Source of the DNA: Piedraia hortae CBS 480.64
Lineage: Eukaryota
Direction of reading: 5' to 3'
NCBI GenBank assembly: GCA_010093745.1
Contig: MU006049.1
Location: 1-34,643, forward strand
DNA: 34,643 nt
Numbering within the stretch: the first letter of the stretch is position 1; each line of letters opens with the position of its first letter. Position numbers and translations under genes: made by a program. Positions 1-8,676 of the stretch are shown one piece after another. A model generated the notes under the pieces. That model made no database searches. It had not been told where the DNA came from and saw only the letters and a program-made list of their open reading frames with translations.

Positions 1-287
1 CGCTCGGCTCTCGACTTCACGCGTCAACTAGTTTTCCGTAGAGATTTGTATGCAGGTACACATCTGCTCACAATTATAATAGAACTCAATGTCCTGCCCT
101 CCAATCATATTCTTTCTATTTTCGAGACCCATGACACGGGTCGCGCCGAGCCCTGTGCCGACGTACGTTGAAAACACTGACGCCGGCACTCAGAACCTGC
201 TGAATTATTCTGCCAGCTGATCAGTTCTCAACTTGTCTTCAACGAGAGAATTAAAAACACACCAACGACGCCTCAAATGAGCTATCC

Positions 288-1340
288 ATGGACAAATTTG
301 CGGAGACCCGTCAGATTTCGTTCAAGATTCTGAATGAAATCTGGTCTTATTTTGAGAACCAACCCAAATACCTAAGGACGATCAGCAGGGTTTGCAAGGC
401 ATGGGCGGCGGCAACCATGGAAGTGCAACTGCGTACGGTTTATCTTAGCTCATTATTAGACGGGAACTTTGAACCCGAACGGAGAGACTATTACGAGAGG
501 AAAGTCCGAAAACTTACAATTGAAAGTTGCACATTACGTCGATACGATGGGCGTTTGCCATGCTTTACACAGCTGAAATATCTTTCCCTTAAAATAATAT
601 CAAACGAAAATGGTATCAATCCGGCGATTGATCTCTTCTTTCTGCCGACAGTGACTGATATTGATATTTCCATAGCTTTTAGACAGCGCAATCTCTTAGA
701 AAGGATATCAAAGGCCTGCGTGAACCTAAAAACGGTTAAAGTGAGACCCGTGAATCGCATATTTACTGCATCGCTTTTCTTGTTAACACCGCCCTGGTGG
801 ACTTTAACTGACTTGGCCCTCCAGGTTCATGCGATCTGAGAATGATCCCACAAGTATTGGCTCACCTATTTCACCTGCCGCACCTTCGGCGACTTGATGT
901 GCCCATCAGCATCCCATTATATTCACTATTCCACCTCGGCCGACAGGAACACATCCAAGGGCTCCGCTTAGAGGTAGTAGACCACAAAGATGCGATCGCA
1001 ATCCCTACCATTGCTCAAAATCTCCAACAGTTAGTCCTGTTCGTAACACTACACGCAGCTGTCTACCTAGTCTCTCCCGATAAAGTCCTCGCAGCGGTCA
1101 CCAAACTTACAAACCTAACAGTGTTTTCAATACGCTTTGGGCTCGGTTTTACGCCAAGCGGACCCATGGATGTGATCCACCTTCACAGCTTAACCACGCT
1201 ACAGAGTATTTCAATGCTCGTTAACAAACTGAGAAATGGGTCAGTAAACTATTGAAACGACACGCGCCAAAGCTTAGAGCTCTCTTTGTAACGAAAATGG
1301 ATTCATGTGACCGTTGCAAGCCCAGACCTGTTTTGAAAAG
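288..1340 (+). pseudogene. Frameshifted F-box/LRR-like gene (ORFs 288-839 and 842-1255, plus a short third piece)
   Basis: N-terminus ILNEIWSYF...LRTISRVCKAW fits an F-box-like motif and is followed by LxxLxL repeats (QLKYLSL, NLKTVKV, HLRRLDV, NLQQLVL, TLQSISM). At ~830-845 a one-base shift joins VHA to DLRMIPQVL. A second shift near 1240 gives KLLKRHAPKLRALFV before the sequence runs into the DPH1 fragment. No convincing intron explains either break. Confidence 0.55.
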
Positions 1341-1342
1341 GT

Positions 1343-1983
1343 TCGACGATCAAGTGAGCACAGCATCAGCCTCCACCTGCGTGCAGATGCAGCCTCTCGC
1401 ATAGTATCGTCGCGGTCATTCGCGAGCGCGGTGTGGTCGTAGACCTCACGTGTCAGTCGACGACTGTAGGAGTCATAGCGGTAGGCTGGCATCGTGAGGT
1501 TGTGGATCATGGCACTTTCGAAATGGAAAGCGGCCATAACTCTGGTACAAGATGCAGACTACCTGCTGATCCTTAGGCAAGTGAGGATATTTACAGCTGA
1601 GGATCTCGCCTTTGGACTGCTTTCGATATGATGATGCTGTACTCTGCTGCTCTTAGGCGGGATGCGATTCCCTTCAGCGTTGAGTTGAACTGGATCGTAC
1701 CAACCATGGCGATGGTATGACCTGGCTCAACATTATGCGCGAGGGTGGCCACAAAATGCTCAGTATCAATATGTATGCCCACGAAGACATACAGGGCCAT
1801 GGTAGCGGTGATGACGGGGATCAAGCAGCTGTGTGCGTAATGCATCAGCAGATTACAACCAAGATCCCGCGCAGTATCATTATCGACGCAACAAGCACCG
1901 TACGTAATATCGCCCACGATAATGGCCAAGGTGCCGGGACAAACCTCGGTCAACATGCTCAAGATGGTGGTGGCAAATATCAG
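1343..1983 (-). pseudogene. DPH1: Internal fragment of diphthamide biosynthesis protein 1, with two frameshifts and no N- or C-terminus
   Basis: Three consecutive frames give FATT...[11 protein letters not shown]...[10 protein letters not shown]...LYVFV...VGTIQFN, then SKGEILSC...ILYQSYGRF, then HFESAMIHN..PAYRYDSYSRRLTREVYDH...WRLMLCSLDR. These are Dph1 motifs in the canonical order. Frameshifts are at ~1620 and ~1527. Confidence 0.88.
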
Positions 1984-3012
1984 AGCTGGGCCCGCATTTA
2001 TTTTCGGGTTGTTTGCCGATACGGACACGCGCGGAATCATCTGACTCCGGTGTTGGTCATGTCCCGCCAAAGGTGCATCCTGGGCGGGCCTGCTCCGGTG
2101 AAACCGGTTGTGGTGGCAGTCAGGCCGATGGCGTAACACTTGCTGTATTAGTAGTGCCATCTTGATCGTGGCGATTCACGTATACCCCTGCGTTTTTAAT
2201 CCTAGAGAGCGTAGAACGTAATGACGCGGCTGTAGGAGCGGCATTGTAGCACCGGATCCAGCTTGGAACCAGATCGCTGGTACCGTGACCGGTTGGAAAG
2301 GACTTCCATGTTCTGAAGGTCGTTAGCGTAAAAATTGGCCTTGTTCACCCTAACAGGGGCGATAATGCGGCCGCCATATTGTTTTACACCCTGGCGTCTA
2401 TACTGCCATCCACTTGTGCCTGCAGAAGCTTGAAGTGATCCTCAGCAGGGAACCAGTTGATCAATCACCTTGATCCGGGCACCGCCGCCTCTGTCGATCA
2501 AGAAACTGTTCATCGAGCGGGTGGTCTGTTCTGCCTCCCAATGTGCTTGAGTATCAGGTCACCTCTGATCCTCTGCAAAAGTATTGCCGTCAAACAGTGT
2601 AAATGGAAGGTATATACCATGCTCCAAAAGCAAACAGCATTTAAACACACGAGGCGTGACGTTGCCCTCGGTGATACATGGCGACATCATCTCATCTCGC
2701 GAATGGATCCGGAATATGTTCTTATAAGCTTTCGTTGATTTATCGTCTTGACTGTGTTCTAAACAATGCTATGTGTGGTCGGATCATATTCTGCCCAAAC
2801 CATGCAGTCGGTCAAAGGGCAAGCATGAAGCTGCAGAATATGTAATACTATGTCCACGTCCTGTTTTCCTAGCTAACGAGGAAGCGAGAGGGAAATTGAC
2901 AAATGATGAAGCTAGACCGCTTGTTCAAACCGTTTTGGAGGGGCGGTAACTTTGCCTAAGTCTGTATAGTCTGACTAGGCCTTTTCCTTTGCCTTGATCC
3001 AGTGCGGTGAAG

Positions 3013-3854
3013 ACGAAATTACTGGCAGAAGCTGAGAAAATTTTCATGATGGACGTCAAAGGTTATCTGGCACTAGAAAGAGGCGAGTGGGCGTCATTTG
3101 GCGATATGATTCCCGCCAACTTTAGGAAAAAAAATTAATGGAGGGAATCCTTGCAAAGCTCAACATGACAGGAGATGAAATCCTCGTGGTTTATCATCTC
3201 GCTGCGAACTCAGACAGTCGCGATGAAATACTTAGGTGGTTAGACGAAACCACTTCTGAATTCAAAGACAAGCCTTGGTTCATCAAGGTTAAGAAGTTAT
3301 TCGTCGATGAGATCACCATGTCATTTGTTGTGACCCAGAAGCAAGGTAAGTTTCCTTTGAGCGACATTTCAGCGACTGAAACAGATATTAATATCTTTTG
3401 TTATCTTATGGGATCACCACTCGATCGATGGGCTATTCTTAGTCTGCTTGGGCGACCTGCGTGTTCTCAACTTGATCTGGACTAAACTTTGCAACATGGA
3501 GCAAAGGCTTAATACAGGATATTCCGCTGGGAGAAGATAGATGCTTCATTGTTCAGCCAAGACAACTACCAAAACATGGCAGAGGACTCCTACCAATTCT
3601 CATTTCCGAACAACTGGATAAAAGGGCCTAAAAAGACTTCCGGCTACAAGGAAAGTAAGGTGTTGGAATATTTTCTGATTCTGAGCAGAACTCTCAGACG
3701 AGACTATGTCCTGTCGGTTACAACGACTGGGCCAATCAAATCGGATATATATCGAAATGCCGAGAAAAAGCTGATAGACATGGGATATCGTTCAGATTGA
3801 GACCTGAAGAGGGACAACAATTAGGTGAACTAACCCAAAGCATGATTTAAGTAG
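3013..3854 (+). pseudogene. Inactivated paralog of the 4651-5484 orphan (viral nucleocapsid-like) gene
   Basis: Colinear with the intact copy over its full length (67/115 identical aa by manual count for 3138-3482). The start codon is ACG (3013), there is a frameshift in the A8 run at 3127-3134, and there are in-frame stops at 3483, 3510 and 3798 plus several more in the tail. Confidence 0.9.
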
Positions 3855-4585
3855 ACTGTAAGATCGACCAAAATTGGTCATGTGTCTACATGTAGCTAAG
3901 ATGAATCCTGCCAGCGAATGTAAGCCTTGTTTTGATCGTTATCAGCCCATTGAACATAAGGAGATCGCATGATTGCTCGTCGATCCTGGTAAAGACTTAT
4001 TTCTCTGTGCGAAAGATCGCGATGCTCAAATATGAGCATATAGTGGCTCGGGACGACGAGTTCCCTGGCCGGAAGACATGTACGAGTAGATAGCTAGCGT
4101 TAGGAGAGTCGTATGCCGGGGGCAAGGTCAACACCCCAAGAGACAAAGTTAATACACCTACAGAAGATGGGAAGGAGAGAAACTTGATACAAGAAGGGCA
4201 CAACCAGTGTGCAGGGGTCAAGCCTCATCAACTCGGGGCGGTCCCGGTCCGCCGGGCCGTAAGACTTAGACCAATAACTAGGTAGTCAATGGTTCACAAC
4301 AACGGCGGAAAACCAGAGTTTGTCCCAAGCCCAACTCTAAGGCCAAACATGAACGCCTACTGATTGTGCCAATAATGACCTGCTTTGTCGTTTCAGCTTC
4401 CTTACGAACCAAGCAGTAGGTGAAAGAACCTGCACGCAGTGCACAACAAGTCATGTTATTTGCATTCGTTTTCCTCTACAGCTGATGATAGAGTGAAAAG
4501 ATATTCTGACACATAGTTTAAGCCAGCGAGAGAGCAAGTAATCGATCTAGAGCATTTGTTGCAGCCATTTGCGAAAAGAAGCAAC

Positions 4586-4593
4586 TATATAAA
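4586..4593 (+). promoter_or_regulatory. Candidate TATA box for the 4651-5484 gene
   Basis: TATATAAA ending ~57 nt upstream of ATG 4651. Confidence 0.45.
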
Positions 4594-4650
4594 TGTCTTC
4601 AACATCTGATGAATTTCTTATCACCATCCTCCTCAATTGAGACGCTGGCG

Positions 4651-5484
4651 ATGGAGTCGTTGGCAGATGCTGAAAAACTCGTCGATGTGGAAATCAAAGA
4701 TGAGTTGACGCTTCATCGCGATGAGTGGGCGTCGTTTGGCGATATGGTCCCGGATAACTTTAGAGTGAAACTGAATAAGATTTTTGCAAGACTGAACATG
4801 ACCGCCGACGAAATTTTTACTGTTCATTACCTTGCCGCAAACTCAGATAATCGCGATGAGATACTCGGGTGGTTAGGGGGACCAAATTTCTCTGTGAAGA
4901 ATAATCCCTGGTTCAACAAGGTGAAGAAGTTCTTCGTGGATGAGATAACCATGTCATTTACGGTGGCACAGAGACAAGGAAAATTACCTCTGAGCAGCAT
5001 ATCTGTGACCAGGCCTAACCTTGATATTCTGTGCTTTCTAATGGGCTCACACCTCAAGCATTGGAAAATCCAATGTCTACTTCGGCGGCCTTCTTTTTCT
5101 CAAATTGCCCTTAGCTCAACTCTGCAGACGGAAGCGGAAGCTGGATACAGGAGATTTTATTGGGACAAGACAGATGCTGCGACATTTAGTCATGACAATT
5201 ACAAAAAGATGGTAGCAGAAAAACACCGGCTGTTGTTCCCGGACAAACGAGTCGAATTCTTTCCGGGGAAATATGGCTACGCGAACAATGATATCTTGGA
5301 ATATCTCGTGATCCTAGGCAAATTTCTCAAGCGAGACTATGTCTTGCCGGCTACTATGCCTGGGCCAATAAAATCGCAGGTTGTTCGAAATGCCGATGAA
5401 AAGCTGAAAGAGATGGGATATTATCCAAAGACAGAGGTCGAGATGGACGAAAGTCAAGACAACAACCTTGAATCATGGTTTTAG
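4651..5484 (+). CDS. Intronless 277-aa orphan protein; tentatively nucleocapsid-like (endogenous RNA-mycovirus-derived)
   Basis: Clean ORF with a tandem paralog showing conservative and synonymous divergence, which supports real coding status. ATG 4651 aligns with the paralog's ACG; ATG 4609 is an alternative start. The viral assignment rests only on recalled motif resemblance (about 0.5 confidence). Confidence 0.8.
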   Translation: MESLADAEKLVDVEIKDELTLHRDEWASFGDMVPDNFRVKLNKIFARLNMTADEIFTVHYLAANSDNRDEILGWLGGPNFSVKNNPWFNKVKKFFVDEITMSFTVAQRQGKLPLSSISVTRPNLDILCFLMGSHLKHWKIQCLLRRPSFSQIALSSTLQTEAEAGYRRFYWDKTDAATFSHDNYKKMVAEKHRLLFPDKRVEFFPGKYGYANNDILEYLVILGKFLKRDYVLPATMPGPIKSQVVRNADEKLKEMGYYPKTEVEMDESQDNNLESWF

Positions 5485-7131
5485 CTATTTAGTGGATCAT
5501 GATACAAGTAGTTGCAATCAACCATTTTAGCGAACTTACATCTTGCGTTTTTCACGGTCTAACCTTATTCACACCAAGCGATCGCGCGATCTTCCACATA
5601 TCCCGTCGACGACGCATAAGTCCGAACTCATCCAGGAAATAAGCCGAATCTTACCTTTCAGACTAAACATCATGAGGCCTTACGAACCGGAATTTCCAAA
5701 GTTCGTTCGATAGAAATCATTATTACTGCCGGAGGATCTAGCAAACAGATTGTTTTTGTTCATGGCATCATGGCATCTGTCTACTGGTCGTTCATAACGA
5801 CACGAATCGCACGCATAATTCCAAAAGCATCGCTGCATTGACTTTACTCTCACAAGCCCCATAAAATCTCCTCGCTCTCAACCGCCTAACCTCACACTTA
5901 GTCGGCCCCTCCCACCTCTGCTTCTGAAAATATACCCTATATCCAGACTCCTGAGCTTCCATGGCCCCCTCAAACCCCAACTCCTCAAGCAGCAACCCCA
6001 CCTTACTAGTCCTAACTTAATTTTTTCCCATAAGTTACGCAACTACATCCTACCCCCTCACCCCTGGAGCACCAAGCCCCAAGCCCCATTAACTTCTTTG
6101 ATCAAAACAGTTTGTGCGGGCAACTGAATCGTCACTAAGATTTCATCCCAGCTGCGCACAATTTGTAGCGAAGGTCTATCTACGTGCAGGTACTTCTTGA
6201 TTCTTTTTTCAGTATTTATCTCATAACGAGGGTGGAGGAGACGAGTATACACCTGCGGTAGTAGCTGGTGTGAAATTTTGCTCGTAGAGCTGTAAGGGGA
6301 CTAGATAGTACCAGTTGTCACGATTCCTGTTAAAATTTGGGGTCGATTTTCAGCTGAGGATATAAGAACTTTGTGGTTGGGTATAGTTCACACATGAGAC
6401 AAACATTTACTCGAGCCTAGATTCCACCATGATTTTACGCAACCACGATCGCATATCGTGCTGAGATGAGACTAACGTGGACTTCACCCAACTCGACCAA
6501 GCTGTTACCATGTGAAATGTACTACACCCAGCCATCGTCCCAAGAAAAGGCATCAGAGTGACTAGGGATAACACGATCTGGAAGTCGCTGTCTTCCCACC
6601 ATACTGTTCCCACATGTAAAACCTATTATCCACCAGGCGAACAACGTGGCTGAGCCAAACCTCATATCTGTAGAATCAACCAGCACGAATCAGTCCTCAG
6701 ACAATTCCTAACCTCCCACCGTTCCAGCCTCACCACTAACATTTAATCCTCTCTTTGCTTTCATACATCCACTTTTAGTCAACCCTCTTACCTCACTCTG
6801 TCCAGCCCACTATCTCATCAAACAATCGCAGCGGAACTACACCCCAAAAAATCCCATCAAGCCTCTCGAGCAGACTTCTTTGCGCAGATGTCTCAATTGA
6901 CACTTCACCCAAGCAAAAATCTATTTTTTCTAATCTAGTAGGCTACCAATCTAGTTACAACGTTCTCATCTTTTCACACAAGATGAAATCACGGCCGCTG
7001 AAAGAACAGTCAGATAGAGAGTAGAGCAATAGGAAAACTTCTATCAGGCCGTCACTACCTTAGCTCCTCTCCCCGCAAAACAACGCGTCACCACACGAAA
7101 CCTATAATCTATCATGCTCATCCCAACGCCT

Positions 7132-7150
7132 CCCCCCCCCCCCCCCCCCC
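7132..7150 (+). repeat. C19 homopolymer (G19 in the ERG8 3' UTR)
   Basis: Directly visible, 7 nt downstream of the ERG8 stop codon. Confidence 0.95.
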
Positions 7151-7157
7151 GATAAAA

Positions 7158-8486
7158 CTACCCACCCCCGAACCTCTGCACCACACCCTCATAAATCTCC
7201 CACTTTTCAACCCTAACACCCTCAAACCCCTCCCTCACATCCAGTATTCTCACCCCCCCGACTTCCTGAATAACCCCCTTCAACCTCCCAACCGCCTCCT
7301 GATCATCCCTCACAACCAACACAACAGCATCATACCCCCCTGCACCAGGCACGACCCCGCCCAAAACCCCCTCCACCGTAGAACACTTATCCAACAACGT
7401 TGTCTGTCCAGGCGGCTCTATTGGCACCCCACTCCTCCTTCCCATGTCCCTTACACACCCTCTCACCTCTCCAAAACAGCAGCGGAGCAGGTCCTCATCC
7501 CCAATTCTCAACGCGGCAACAAGCCGATCATTCCAGCGCTGCAGATTATTCCAGAGTTCGTCGGCAGCGGGGTCATTCTCTCTCCATTGTAAGACTTGTT
7601 TGACCATCCCGGGGGTAGAGCTCCCGGTGGAGATATCGCACATGACGATTCTTAAACCATGAGGGAGAGTTAATGGATGAATGGCACCGTCCCAGGGGCG
7701 TTCGGCGAGGGACTTGAGGGTAGCGGGGAAGGCAGCGGGGCATATACCCGCTGGGGGCGGGGGTGATGAATTTTCGGGAGCCAGCCCCGCTGGGGGTGTT
7801 GAGGTATCGGGAGCTTGCACCCCCGCTGGTGATGTTAAATTTTCAGAACCCCGCACTCCCGCTAGGGAGGAGAGAATGTTAGGTGAAAAGCGGCGGTAGA
7901 TCCCACTTCCGTAGACGGCCGCGGCAACGTCAAAGCCTGAACCGATCTTCCCCTGTGCGGCACTGTGCGCTGCTTGGGCGAGGTTGTGGGTTAACTGTTT
8001 CCCTGAGGGGGAAGTGATGGTGAAGGTTGATGGGGGGAGGTGGTGTGTTAGGAGGGCCGCAGTGAGGGATGTTACCAACGCCGCGGAGGAGCCGAGGCCG
8101 GTTTTAGGGGTTGATTCTAGAGGGGTGAAATAGCTTTGGAAAGGGTCCCTGGCGGGATTCGGAGAGGAAAAGTACGCGTTATCGGATAAGATGGTGATTT
8201 TGACTGGTGGGATGGGTTGGGCTACTGTGGAGAGGTAGGATAGTGTGTAGTATAGAGTTGATTCAAGAAAGGGGTTTGAGGGGGTGATGCTGCTTGGGTG
8301 GGTGTATGTCCATTTTGCGTGGGGGAATTGTGGGGATGTGATGATTGTGTTGGTGGTGTCCAGGGAGGGTTGGATGAGGATATGGATCCGTGCGTCGAGG
8401 GAGAGGACAAGGCCGGTGTGGGATCTAGAGAGGACGAGGTAGCCGCCTGTTAGGAGGACTTTGCCTGGTGCGGAGACGGCGGTCAT
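7158..8486 (-). CDS. ERG8: Phosphomevalonate kinase (442 aa)
   Basis: SAPGKVLLTGGYLVL, the GHMP ATP-binding motif KTGLGSSAAL, AQGKIGSGFDVAAAVYG and VPGAGGYDAV. Confidence 0.96.
   Translation of the reverse strand: MTAVSAPGKVLLTGGYLVLSRSHTGLVLSLDARIHILIQPSLDTTNTIITSPQFPHAKWTYTHPSSITPSNPFLESTLYYTLSYLSTVAQPIPPVKITILSDNAYFSSPNPARDPFQSYFTPLESTPKTGLGSSAALVTSLTAALLTHHLPPSTFTITSPSGKQLTHNLAQAAHSAAQGKIGSGFDVAAAVYGSGIYRRFSPNILSSLAGVRGSENLTSPAGVQAPDTSTPPAGLAPENSSPPPPAGICPAAFPATLKSLAERPWDGAIHPLTLPHGLRIVMCDISTGSSTPGMVKQVLQWRENDPAADELWNNLQRWNDRLVAALRIGDEDLLRCCFGEVRGCVRDMGRRSGVPIEPPGQTTLLDKCSTVEGVLGGVVPGAGGYDAVVLVVRDDQEAVGRLKGVIQEVGGVRILDVREGFEGVRVEKWEIYEGVVQRFGGG
7747..7866 (-). repeat. Imperfect in-frame tandem repeat (36/36/39 bp) within ERG8
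   Basis: CCCGCT recurs at 7747, 7786, 7822 and 7858. It encodes AGVRGSENLTSP / AGVQAPDTSTPP / AGLAPENSSPPPP / AG. Confidence 0.75.
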
Positions 8487-8502
8487 ATTGTGGTTGTGGG
8501 AT

Positions 8503-8617
8503 TGCCTGAGGCATTGACAGCTGTGTGGTGTGCCTGAGGCATGAAGCTAGAGTTGCCTGAGGCAGCAGATGAAGAGCCCGAGGCAGCGGGCCTGAGGCAT
8601 ACGAAATGCCTGACGTA
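8503..8617. promoter_or_regulatory. Cluster of TGCCTGAGGCA palindromic sites in the ERG8/PPR bidirectional promoter
   Basis: Exact copies at 8503, 8531 and 8554. Variants are AGCCCGAGGCA (8575), GGCCTGAGGCA (8589) and TGCCTGACGTA (8607). Confidence 0.7.
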
Positions 8618-8676
8618 ATCGGGACGGAACGGAATCGTCCAGGCCAGCCGTTTACACCAACACGGACACGAACTGA

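Noticed and set aside
1984..2520. N-terminal 59 aa of the 1591-2160 ORF and further upstream minus-strand frames as the DPH1 5' end
   Set aside because: No resemblance to Dph1 N-terminal motifs (e.g. NYNFEIHKT, LQMPEG). Unassigned sequence.
3013..3854. RIP (repeat-induced point mutation) as the cause of pseudogenisation
   Set aside because: Key lesions are not C>T type (TCA vs TAA, GGA vs TAA, ATG>ACG, A-run slippage). Only a few tail stops would fit, and the copies are too diverged to tell.
4235..4270. GC-rich end CCGCCGGGCCGTAAGA suggestive of an LTR terminus
   Set aside because: No partner LTR, TSD, PBS/PPT or retroelement coding sequence is visible.
8503..8617. Regularly spaced short palindromic repeats resembling a CRISPR array
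   Set aside because: The repeats are only 11 bp with 3-17 bp spacers, the host is a fungus, and there are no cas genes. Better explained as transcription-factor sites.
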